This document shows positions 39,147 through 47,628 of a DNA stretch of 56,629 nt, piece by piece. The stretch lies in IMG/VR virus record IMGVR_UViG_3300022072_000005; one strand, 5' to 3'. Both the position numbers and the translations under genes were made by a program. Under the pieces are notes generated by a model that worked only from the letters and a program-made list of their open reading frames with translations, was not told the DNA's origin and searched no databases. Numbering within the stretch: the stretch's first letter is position 1; each line of letters opens with the position of its first letter. This stretch comes from an uncultured virus (IMG/VR IMGVR_UViG_3300022072_000005). Lineage: Duplodnaviria; Heunggongvirae; Uroviricota; Caudoviricetes.

Positions 39147-41615
39147 ATGGATATGACCCCAACAGCCACTGAGCTGATGCAAAAAGCGATATACCAAGCT
39201 AAAGATTATGAGGATAATAAATTTAGACCTGAACACATTTTATTATCAATTATAATACATGAACACAATACTACTGTTGGTATTTTACGTAGTCTAAGTT
39301 TTGATGTTGAAGAGTTATTTGAATCATTAACAATACATTTAACAAATAACATTTTTAATAATAATCGAGCCTACCAAACCAAATCAGAAATATTACCTAG
39401 CAAAGAAACTAAACTTGTCATTGAGTATATGCAAAGTGAACGTGATAAAATGGGGGATGAAATAATTAGTGATGCCCATATTATGTTGGCAATATTAAAA
39501 ACTAGTTGTGTTGGTCAAAAAATGTTAGTAAAACTTAACCTAAATTATAAAATTTTTAAAAACGAACTTATGGGTGATAATATACCAAATGAAGACTTCG
39601 AAAGTGCACCAAATAACTCAAAAAGAAAGAAGCCAACTAGAAAGATTGGTACGTCTAAAACCCCAGCCTTAGATGGTTTCTGTAGAGATATTTCTAAAGC
39701 GGCATCCAATAATGAAATAGACCCAGTTGTAGGTCGTGAAACTGAAATTAAACGTGTAACGGCTATACTCTCAAGAAGGAAAAAAAACAATCCCGTTTTG
39801 ATTGGCGAACCAGGGGTTGGTAAAACATCGATAGTTGAAGGTTTGGCGTTATTAATTAAATCAGGTGATGCGCCTAGACCATTAATGGATAAGAAAATAT
39901 ATTCATTAGATTTAGCTTCAATTGTTGCTGGAACAAAATATCGTGGGCAATTTGAAGAAAGAATGAAAATAATTCTAACTGAACTAAAAGAAAATCCAGA
40001 TGTAATTCTTTTTATTGATGAGTTACATACACTTGTAGGTGCTGGTAATGCATCAGGTTCTTTGGATGCTTCAAATATTTTTAAACCTGCTTTAGCAAGA
40101 GGTGAAATACAAGTAATCGGTGCTACAACATTGGATGAGTTTAGAGAAAATATTGAAACTGACGGTGCCTTAACCAGAAGATTTCAACAAGTCTTAATTA
40201 AAGAACCGACATTACCTGAAACTGTAGAAATTTTAAATAATATTAAAGGTAACTATGAAAAGTATCACAATGTTAAATATAGTACTGAAATTATTGAATT
40301 AATCACTAAGTTAGCAGATAGATATATTTCAGATAGAGCAATGCCTGATAAAGCTATTGACATTTTAGATGAATCTGGGGCTTCTACAAATATTGATATT
40401 AAATTACCTAGTCAAATAAAAGAGCTGAAGGGTGAGATAATTAAACTTAAGGAACAGATGAGGGATATCATCAATAAACAAGACTTTGAGGACGCTGCTA
40501 CTTTACGAGATAGACGTAAGGATTGTGAGCTTAAGTTGGATGATATGATGTATAAGTGGGAAGATAAAAATAATAAAAAAGAAACTGTAATTACACCAGA
40601 AATGGTTGAAACGGTTATCTCAACCATGACTGGAATACCTTTAACTAAAGTGACAACATCTGAGACAAACACTTTAAAGAACCTTGAGCGTGATATAAAG
40701 AAAGATGTTATCGGTCAAGATGAAGCAGTTAAAAAGATTTCAAAAGCAATCAGACGTAGTAGATTAGGGATTAGAAGTGGTAAGAAACCAATTGGTTCTT
40801 TCATCTTTTTAGGCCCAACTGGTGTTGGTAAAACACATTTAACTAAAGTATTAGCCGAGCAAGTTATTGGTGATAAAGAAGCTTTGATAAGAGTTGATAT
40901 GTCAGAGTATATGGAAAAACATGCAATGTCTAAATTAATTGGTGCGCCCCCAGGTTATGTTGGATATGGTGAAGGTGGTAAACTTACTGAAGCTGTAAGA
41001 CGACAACCATATTCAGTAATCCTTTTTGATGAGATTGAAAAAGCTCATGAAGATGTTTTTAATTTATTATTACAAGTTTTAGATGAAGGGCATTTAACTG
41101 ATAGTAATGATAGAAAAGTGAATTTTAAAAATACGCTAATTGTAATGACTTCAAACATTGGGGTTAAAGAATTATCACAATTTGGGAGTGGAATTGGTTA
41201 CGCAACCAGTAATTCAATCATTGATGAAGAAGAAAGAGCAAAAAGTATCATTAAAAAAGCAATGAAAGATAAATTTAAACCTGAATTCTTAAATAGAATT
41301 GATGAAACAATAGTTTTTAATTCACTAAGCCAAGAAAATATTAATGTTATAATTAAAAATGAGATTAATGAAGTTAAAGAACGTATTTCAGAATTAAATT
41401 ATAAGTTAGTAGTTAATAAATCTGCAATGGAATTTATTGCTAAAGAAGGTTATCATAAAGAATATGGTGCTAGACCACTTAAACGAGCAATTCAAAAATA
41501 TGTTGAAGACCCAATAACTGATGCCGTTATGGATGGCGAATTAAAAGAAGGTGGGACTATTAAACTATCATATAATATTAAGGATGGTATCACCTTTAAG
41601 GTATTAAAATCATAA
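39147..41615 (+). CDS. clpC: ClpC-like AAA+ unfoldase
   Basis: Clp N-domain, GEPGVGKT, FIDELH, short UVR middle domain (QDFEDAATLRD), GPTGVGKT, SGIGY loop, GARPL. Confidence 0.93.
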   Translation: MDMTPTATELMQKAIYQAKDYEDNKFRPEHILLSIIIHEHNTTVGILRSLSFDVEELFESLTIHLTNNIFNNNRAYQTKSEILPSKETKLVIEYMQSERDKMGDEIISDAHIMLAILKTSCVGQKMLVKLNLNYKIFKNELMGDNIPNEDFESAPNNSKRKKPTRKIGTSKTPALDGFCRDISKAASNNEIDPVVGRETEIKRVTAILSRRKKNNPVLIGEPGVGKTSIVEGLALLIKSGDAPRPLMDKKIYSLDLASIVAGTKYRGQFEERMKIILTELKENPDVILFIDELHTLVGAGNASGSLDASNIFKPALARGEIQVIGATTLDEFRENIETDGALTRRFQQVLIKEPTLPETVEILNNIKGNYEKYHNVKYSTEIIELITKLADRYISDRAMPDKAIDILDESGASTNIDIKLPSQIKELKGEIIKLKEQMRDIINKQDFEDAATLRDRRKDCELKLDDMMYKWEDKNNKKETVITPEMVETVISTMTGIPLTKVTTSETNTLKNLERDIKKDVIGQDEAVKKISKAIRRSRLGIRSGKKPIGSFIFLGPTGVGKTHLTKVLAEQVIGDKEALIRVDMSEYMEKHAMSKLIGAPPGYVGYGEGGKLTEAVRRQPYSVILFDEIEKAHEDVFNLLLQVLDEGHLTDSNDRKVNFKNTLIVMTSNIGVKELSQFGSGIGYATSNSIIDEEERAKSIIKKAMKDKFKPEFLNRIDETIVFNSLSQENINVIIKNEINEVKERISELNYKLVVNKSAMEFIAKEGYHKEYGARPLKRAIQKYVEDPITDAVMDGELKEGGTIKLSYNIKDGITFKVLKS

Positions 41616-41624
41616 AATAAATAT

Positions 41625-41653
41625 AAAAAAACCTCCATTTAGGAGGTTTTTTT
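41625..41653 (+). terminator. Intrinsic terminator
   Basis: AAAAAAACCTCC-ATTTA-GGAGGTTTTTTT. Confidence 0.85.
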
Positions 41654-41665
41654 ATATTTATTATT

Positions 41666-42076
41666 ATGGAAACACTTTCGTCAAAACAAGTTTTATTAAT
41701 TGAAGATTTAAAAGATGATATTGAATTCTATAAAGATGAGCTTAACAACCAAATTAAATCTCATGGAATTTATATTATAATAGGTACGGTGATTGCAGTC
41801 ACCGTGGGTGGTTTACTTATGTTTAAGCCTGAATTAATTACAAAGTTACAAGAAATTTCTAAACATATGGATACGGTAGCTGGGTTTATCGGTGAAGTTC
41901 TTCCAGTGGCATTTATTTCTAAATCATTTAATAGTTCTAAAATTCAAAAAAGAAAATTAAAGGGGTTAAGAATTTTTGAAAAAACAATAACGAGAATGGA
42001 ACATGGTATTGTCCCAAATACTGAACCAGATATAATTTCCATTGAAAATGATTTGGCTATTTACATAAATACTTAA
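41666..42076 (+). CDS. Membrane protein
   Basis: One or two hydrophobic segments; late motif at 41654. Confidence 0.7.
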   Translation: METLSSKQVLLIEDLKDDIEFYKDELNNQIKSHGIYIIIGTVIAVTVGGLLMFKPELITKLQEISKHMDTVAGFIGEVLPVAFISKSFNSSKIQKRKLKGLRIFEKTITRMEHGIVPNTEPDIISIENDLAIYINT

Positions 42077-42088
42077 AAAAGTTTTAAT

Positions 42089-42772
42089 ATGAGTGATATA
42101 AAAGATTTAATTAGAGATACTAATAAGACTGCACGTAAAGGTAGACTTATAAATAATATTCTTTGGGTTATAGTACTGTGTTTAGTACTAACAGCCCTTT
42201 ACACAACATCAATAGCAATTGATTCTAAAGCTGTTGCAATTAAAGAAAGGGATGCTAAAAAAGAATTGTTGGTCGTTTCCGATAGTTTAAGAATAAAGGC
42301 GGAGAACTTAGTCGGTGACTTAAAAATTTCAGAAGAAAACCTTCAAGGGGAAAAAGAAAAATTAGAAAAAATTAAAATGGCATACGATTCAATAAGAAAA
42401 TTGCAGTTAGTAAAAACTGATGACTTATGGGAATATGCGTTACAAGAAAATACTATAGAAGCTTATAGTGATTACATTAGAATTAAAGGGGTTAATGATA
42501 CTGTAGTTAGCAAACTTAAAACATTATTTAAAAATGTTGGGTATGTTCAAATTCAAGAATCAAACGGTAATGTGTTAATTGAACCTGAAAATAAAGAATT
42601 TGGGTTGTGGAAACCAAATTCAACTCGAAGTATTAGATATGGTGTTATTGGAAATCGTAAGTTTCGTAATACAAATCGTAATGGTGATGTTATATTAGAA
42701 GGTCAAATATTTGTGATACTTAAAGATAGTATAATGAGTGGTAAAACACGTTGGGCTAAAATAGGTTATTAA
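42089..42772 (+). CDS. Membrane-anchored coiled-coil protein
   Basis: N-terminal TM helix, coiled coil, NTIEAYSDYI motif, beta-rich C-terminus. Confidence 0.7.
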   Translation: MSDIKDLIRDTNKTARKGRLINNILWVIVLCLVLTALYTTSIAIDSKAVAIKERDAKKELLVVSDSLRIKAENLVGDLKISEENLQGEKEKLEKIKMAYDSIRKLQLVKTDDLWEYALQENTIEAYSDYIRIKGVNDTVVSKLKTLFKNVGYVQIQESNGNVLIEPENKEFGLWKPNSTRSIRYGVIGNRKFRNTNRNGDVILEGQIFVILKDSIMSGKTRWAKIGY

Positions 42773-42776
42773 ATTT

Positions 42777-43454
42777 ATGTCATTAAAAATTATTAAAACA
42801 TACTTAAGAGAAGGTTTAGAAAAATCAGATATTTGGTATCATGGTACGCCAGATGTTAGGGAATTAGAAAAAGAATGTGGGTTCTCAAATAGAGAAACCT
42901 CAATTAAATATATAAAAGATTTGGATGCGTATAATGCTATCCAACAAAATTTAAAGACTAGTAGGGAAAACGGTGATGACGATGCTTATCATAAAAATTT
43001 AGATATGGTATCTAAAACTTATGGTCAGTTTAAAATGAGAAAACCGATATTTATTACCAATGACTCTAGTGTTGCTAGAACCTATGCCAACGCTAAAAGA
43101 GCGTTCGACTACCAAGATGCAGTCGAAAAGCTTTTAAAAGTTAAGGTTAATACCAATAAGGGTGTTAAAATTGTGGCAAGTGGTGATAGGTTTAGATTTA
43201 TCGATACTAATAAAGTAAAAAGAGGTTTTGTAAGTGCGGGGGTTAGTGAAGACGAATTCAACACGGTATTAAACCAATTTAATTACTATACAAATAAAAA
43301 AGACGGGATAAAAACAGACGTGATTGCTGCCATTGGTGAATGGTTTGGGTTTGATTTTATTGATGTCGTTGGAGTTTTAGATTCATATGAAGGCGGTTCA
43401 ATAAAATCAACGGTTAGAATGGTATTTAACCCTAAAGATATTACAATAATATAA
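42777..43454 (+). CDS. Putative ADP-ribosyltransferase-fold protein
   Basis: WYHGT, IFITND..VARTYA, FDFI..., VFNPKDI pattern of phage ART-like domains. Confidence 0.5.
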   Translation: MSLKIIKTYLREGLEKSDIWYHGTPDVRELEKECGFSNRETSIKYIKDLDAYNAIQQNLKTSRENGDDDAYHKNLDMVSKTYGQFKMRKPIFITNDSSVARTYANAKRAFDYQDAVEKLLKVKVNTNKGVKIVASGDRFRFIDTNKVKRGFVSAGVSEDEFNTVLNQFNYYTNKKDGIKTDVIAAIGEWFGFDFIDVVGVLDSYEGGSIKSTVRMVFNPKDITII

Positions 43455-43485
43455 AAATAGGTATATTTATATAAAAATAGGTATT

Positions 43486-44070
43486 ATGAAAAATGATAAA
43501 ATAAAAGGTGGTTTAGCTGATAATAAATCAATAGAAAACATCGCTAAAAAACATAAGACTACCGTTGATGCCATTAAAAAAGCTATTGATAAAGGTGCTA
43601 AAATAGAAATGGAGCACACAGATGATAAAAAAATTGCTAAGGAAATAGCAATAGACCATATATTTGAGTTTTTAGATTATTATGAAGAATTAAAGAAGGC
43701 TGAAAAGAAAATGGAGGAATCTACCAAAGAAATAATAAAAAGAATTCTTAAGGAAGAAGTTAACTTAAAAGTTACCGATGAAACTCCAGATACAATTTCA
43801 GTATTAGTTGAATATAACGATAGAAATGCTGGTATAATTATGATTGCACCAGCTAATACTGATGATACGATAGAAATTGTAGCTGTTAAATTTAAAAAAG
43901 ATTATGAAACAATTTATATAATCAATGAAGCAGTTAAATCTCTTTGGGGTATTTTCAAAGAAAAAAATTCAATTATTGTAGCACCTAAACCAGAAGGCAT
44001 TCAATTCTGGAATAAATTAGGATTCACTAGAATATCACCAAACTACTTAATCTTAAATAGGGGACACTAG
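43486..44070 (+). CDS. DUF5661-like domain plus degenerate GNAT-like domain
   Basis: GAKIEMEHT...AKEIAIDH..E..DYY; C-terminal FWNKLGF. Confidence 0.6.
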   Translation: MKNDKIKGGLADNKSIENIAKKHKTTVDAIKKAIDKGAKIEMEHTDDKKIAKEIAIDHIFEFLDYYEELKKAEKKMEESTKEIIKRILKEEVNLKVTDETPDTISVLVEYNDRNAGIIMIAPANTDDTIEIVAVKFKKDYETIYIINEAVKSLWGIFKEKNSIIVAPKPEGIQFWNKLGFTRISPNYLILNRGH

Positions 44071-44124
44071 TGTTTACATGAACACACATTTAAAATGAAC
44101 ACCACATTAAAATAAATTAAAATT

Positions 44125-44154
44125 TGGCTTAAACTTGTTTAAGTCATTTTTTTT
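44125..44154 (+). terminator. Intrinsic terminator
   Basis: TGGCTTAAAC-TT-GTTTAAGTCA followed by T8. Confidence 0.7.
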
Positions 44155-44199
44155 GTGTTATATTGCAAAAATAAATGTAATTTCATATGTGAAATAAAA

Positions 44200-44526
44200 A
44201 TGACGTTATATCTAAGAGATGATAAGGGTGATAATATATTAGACATAGACATTTGCGTTAAAACAAATGGTGAGTCTTCATATGTGGAACTTATCTCGTT
44301 AGTTCATATTCCAATTTATTCAAATCTATTATTGAATAACTTAAATAAAAAAAATAAAATAATACATGACTTTGATAATTTAAGTAATTTAAGGGGTTGG
44401 TTATGGGAACGTTATTTTATGATAGGTGAAAATGATGTAAATAAATTTGACCACATAATTGAGCAATTAAAGAGAATTTTAACCAAAGTGGCTAAAGATT
44501 ATAATTTAAATTTAATAGAAAAATAG
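44200..44526 (+). CDS. Hypothetical protein
   Basis: ORF from ATG 44200 in an A-rich context. Confidence 0.6.
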   Translation: MTLYLRDDKGDNILDIDICVKTNGESSYVELISLVHIPIYSNLLLNNLNKKNKIIHDFDNLSNLRGWLWERYFMIGENDVNKFDHIIEQLKRILTKVAKDYNLNLIEK

Positions 44527-44584
44527 TGAATGTGAAACATTATTTTATTTCTCAAGTGGTAATTAAAAATTTTAAATAAAAATT

Positions 44585-44773
44585 ATGGAAAATGACGAAG
44601 GGCCGTTAGAGGTTAATTTAACTAGTGTTGTTAAGAAAAATACTTTATCTGCTAAAAAAGTGATAGCAAACGTACTTAAAATGTATAACTTAAAATATGT
44701 TTCTAAAAAAGGGCTTGAGGATACTATAGCTAAAATAATAGAAAAAGACCTTTATGATAGCGGTCACTTATAA
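44585..44773 (+). CDS. Hypothetical protein
   Basis: 62-aa ORF. Confidence 0.55.
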   Translation: MENDEGPLEVNLTSVVKKNTLSAKKVIANVLKMYNLKYVSKKGLEDTIAKIIEKDLYDSGHL

Positions 44774-44788
44774 TTCATTATAAGAAAA

Positions 44789-45271
44789 CTAAACAGGTCC
44801 AATATATTCATGACTAAAACAAACCCTTTTATTATCAGCATAATGATTGTTGAAAATATTGTCGTGAGTAATATCAGTCCTCAACTTCCGATTCTTTGAT
44901 GTCGGTTTCCATAGCGATGATTTTTCACGATAGAATCCCATGCGTGGATGTGCGCTCCTAGAAAAATACCTTTTACCTTCATCAATGTGCATTTGAGCAA
45001 TAGCATCAGAAAATCTAACACCAATACCTAATCCTTGATAATCGGGTAATATAACAGTTCTGTGCTCTCGCCAAGCATTTTTAAGTGTACCAGATGGCAT
45101 TGTCATACTAGCACTAAAACCAATTATTTTATTATTCCAAACACCAACCCAACAACGACTAGCTTTAGAAATGACACCACTTAAATAGTGATGGTCTTTA
45201 AACATAGGCCAGACACTATAGTTTGTTCGATATATTTCGATATTGATGTCTGGCCTTTGAAAAAATTTCCG
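44789..45271 (-). CDS. GNAT-fold acyltransferase domain in the -1 frame of the ABC ATPase
   Basis: RPDINIEI...WPMFKDHHYL, HRTVILPDYQGLGIG (acyl-CoA motif A); frame opens at 45271. Confidence 0.85.
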   Translation of the reverse strand, partial: RKFFQRPDINIEIYRTNYSVWPMFKDHHYLSGVISKASRCWVGVWNNKIIGFSASMTMPSGTLKNAWREHRTVILPDYQGLGIGVRFSDAIAQMHIDEGKRYFSRSAHPRMGFYREKSSLWKPTSKNRKLRTDITHDNIFNNHYADNKRVCFSHEYIGPV

Positions 45272-45873
45272 TCATAAACCTCCCCATTATTCGTATTTAT
45301 AACCCAATCTGGTTCTAACCAATCTAAAACGTCCTCATGACAAGTCGCCAAGACCACATTTTTAATATTATTATTTTTAATATACTTAGATAATGACACT
45401 GAAGCTGCTTTAGCTACGTTTCTATCTACTACAGATGTAAACTCATCAATTGAAGCGTTATCTTTAATTGAACGGCTTAAATCGGCTCTAAACTTCTCAC
45501 CGTTAGATAAAACATGATATGGTTTATACCAAGTTGGTATAGAATTCAATCCAACCGCACTTAATTTATTAATTCCATCATCAGGTGATTTGAAATGTGA
45601 TATAATTGCTTTTTTGTAATCCCATTTGTGAGATTTTTTAACCCCAAAATCATTTAATAAGGTTGATTTACCACTACCAGATGCACCATATATAACACCA
45701 ATGTTATACTCTTTGGGTAAATTGGAAGGGAATTTCCAAGGTGTAAACGAGGTAACACCATTCATTTTACAGTCAAACGCTTTTTCAGCGGCCATAATAA
45801 ATTCATCTTCTACTACTATACTCGCTAAGACCCTTGAACTTTTTATTAACTGTTCTATTATTTTTCTTTCCAT
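45181..45873 (-). CDS. Soluble ABC-family ATPase
   Basis: GASGSGKS, LSNGE signature, IDEFTSVVDR, TCH; ATG 45873. Confidence 0.88.
   Translation of the reverse strand: MERKIIEQLIKSSRVLASIVVEDEFIMAAEKAFDCKMNGVTSFTPWKFPSNLPKEYNIGVIYGASGSGKSTLLNDFGVKKSHKWDYKKAIISHFKSPDDGINKLSAVGLNSIPTWYKPYHVLSNGEKFRADLSRSIKDNASIDEFTSVVDRNVAKAASVSLSKYIKNNNIKNVVLATCHEDVLDWLEPDWVINTNNGEVYDGNFFKGQTSISKYIEQTIVSGLCLKTITI
45206..45285 (-). other. -1 programmed ribosomal frameshift cassette
   Basis: GGGGAGG, 10 nt, A-AAU-UUU, 5 nt, perfect 10-bp stem AGGCCAGACA/UGUCUGGCCU. Confidence 0.8.
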
Positions 45874-45907
45874 AATAGAATATACTAAAAGTGGTATGTA
45901 AGTAAAC

Positions 45908-45937
45908 AAAAAAAGCTAACCTTTTGGTTAGCCTTTC
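45908..45937 (-). terminator. Intrinsic terminator
   Basis: GCTAACC-TTTT-GGTTAGC with an A run on +. Confidence 0.75.
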
Positions 45938-45955
45938 TTAAATTATTTTTAACTT

Positions 45956-46588
45956 TTAATATCCGTGTCTCTCACCTTGATACTGTGATTCATTATGGTC
46001 ATCCATTTGACCCATAATTGTGTCAAATTGTACCTTGCTCCACGCAATCTTTAAAGGTGGTGGTGCTGGTAAACCCCATTTTTTGTATTGGTCTATAGTA
46101 TCTTGACCATGGGTTAAAACTACTCGGATATGACCCTCTGGAGTTTCGCCTACTACTTTAACTGTATCACCATCTTCGGTATTATAAGTACCACCAATTT
46201 CAATATAATTTTTCATTTCATAACCATCAGGAGTCTTAAAAGCATCCGTCATAGCCTTTTCCATATTACCCTTATCATGCTGTAGCTCGTCATATTGGTC
46301 TTGTGAAACCTTTTGACCGCCAAATGTAGGAGCTTCTTTCACTTTTTGTTTTAATGGTAACCCTTCTTTAATTAAGCTTTTTTTTTTTACAATGCTATTG
46401 ATTTTAGCACCTTTAGATTGTAATTCTCTCAATTGAGCTTCAGTTACTGTAATCTTTTTAGGCTTCTTCTCAACGTTAGTAGCTGGGGTTAAATTTCTCT
46501 CAACAATCGTTTTCTCTACGATATCATTAATTAAATCAACCAATTTACTTTCATTTATCTTTACTACTTTAGAATTTTTATCTATCAT
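45956..46588 (-). CDS. Putative head-packaged protein, paralog 1
   Basis: First ~70 aa strongly similar to the 46695-47111 product; internal A11 run; late motif at 46606. Confidence 0.75.
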   Translation of the reverse strand: MIDKNSKVVKINESKLVDLINDIVEKTIVERNLTPATNVEKKPKKITVTEAQLRELQSKGAKINSIVKKKSLIKEGLPLKQKVKEAPTFGGQKVSQDQYDELQHDKGNMEKAMTDAFKTPDGYEMKNYIEIGGTYNTEDGDTVKVVGETPEGHIRVVLTHGQDTIDQYKKWGLPAPPPLKIAWSKVQFDTIMGQMDDHNESQYQGERHGY

Positions 46589-46648
46589 GACATTAATATT
46601 TATTAATAAATATAATCAAAACAGATAAAAAACTAAATATTATCAACT

Positions 46649-46685
46649 ATTACACAACTTGTCAGCCCCACTTGAAGCTGCGTAC
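46649..46685. repeat. GC-rich structured element, copy 1
   Basis: ATTACACAACTTGTCAGCCCCACTTGAAGCTGCGTAC. Confidence 0.85.
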
Positions 46686-46694
46686 TCTTTAGTT

Positions 46695-47111
46695 TTAGTT
46701 ATGTGTTGGAAGTTCAAAGCGTCTTGCTATATGAGCTGCTGCTCGTCCAACTTCATCAGACCTATAATCATATTTATGGGTAATATCTATTGCTTGAGAA
46801 ATTAAATCTTCTAAAGAATTTATTGGTGGATAACCTTCAGGAGTTCTAAATAATTTTTCTAAGCTTTCTGCTCTCGCCATTTCTTCATCACCATTTTCAA
46901 GAATTACCTTTTTATTTACAATACTATTGATTTTTACACCCTTAGCTTGTAGGTCTCTAAGTTGAGATTCAGTTACAGTCATTTTCTTAGGTTTTGCTGG
47001 AATAACTTTTGATGGAACTAAATTCCTTTCTGCAATAGTTTTCTCAACTATATCATTGATTAAATCAACTAATTTTTCTTCTTTAATCGTTACTTTTTTA
47101 TCGTTTGCCAT
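46695..47111 (-). CDS. Putative head-packaged protein, paralog 2
   Basis: Shares KLVDLINDIVEKT..ERNL and TVTE.QLR.LQ.KG.KINSIV with paralog 1; late motif at 47133. Confidence 0.75.
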   Translation of the reverse strand: MANDKKVTIKEEKLVDLINDIVEKTIAERNLVPSKVIPAKPKKMTVTESQLRDLQAKGVKINSIVNKKVILENGDEEMARAESLEKLFRTPEGYPPINSLEDLISQAIDITHKYDYRSDEVGRAAAHIARRFELPTHN

Positions 47112-47174
47112 CTTAATTATAAATTTATACTAATAAATATACAAAAAGATGACAAAAAATAAAATTAATTATGA

Positions 47175-47212
47175 ATTACACAGCTTGTCAGCCCCTGAGC
47201 CTGGCTGCGTAC
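47175..47212. repeat. GC-rich structured element, copy 2
   Basis: ATTACACAGCTTGTCAGCCCCTGAGCCTGGCTGCGTAC. Confidence 0.85.
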
Positions 47213-47214
47213 GC

Positions 47215-47445
47215 TTAACGACACTCAATTTTAGTTACAGTTGTAACTGTTGACCCATCAGAGTATGTGTAAGTTGACGTATTTAATACTTCGTCATCAC
47301 AAGAAGCATCCCAACTAGAACGAAATGTTTCAACACCATTATCATAAGTAACATACTCACAATCACATGACACATCAAATAAATCACCTTCAGAACACGA
47401 TACAAATCCAATCGCTAACACTAATACTACTAATACTTTTTTCAT
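47215..47445 (-). CDS. Small lipoprotein
   Basis: MKK + hydrophobic core + FVSC lipobox; four more Cys; TTTG-N20-TATATTTG promoter at 47479-47510. Confidence 0.8.
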   Translation of the reverse strand: MKKVLVVLVLAIGFVSCSEGDLFDVSCDCEYVTYDNGVETFRSSWDASCDDEVLNTSTYTYSDGSTVTTVTKIECR

Positions 47446-47497
47446 AATTTTATTTTTAATTAATTGTTAATAATAATGCAAATATACTAAAAATATT

Positions 47498-47596
47498 TTA
47501 ATCTACCAAATTTAATTTACAATTTTTAAAATGCCACCTCTTTCCATTCCCCTTATCAACCATTTTATTACAGTGAGGACACTCAACCTTTTCCAT
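47498..47596 (-). pseudogene. Isolated C-terminal zinc finger of a homing endonuclease (32 aa)
   Basis: MEKVECPHCNKMVDKGNGKRWHFKNCKLNLVD, the CPHC...RWHF.NCK tail of phage homing endonucleases. Confidence 0.65.
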
Positions 47597-47628
47597 TCAA
47601 TGTCCTTTAATTCCATCTTCTTTATATA

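Noticed and set aside
46649..47219. Duplicated element as an integron attC site
   Set aside because: Too short, lacks paired RYYYAAC/GTTRRRY boxes in both copies, and no integrase nearby
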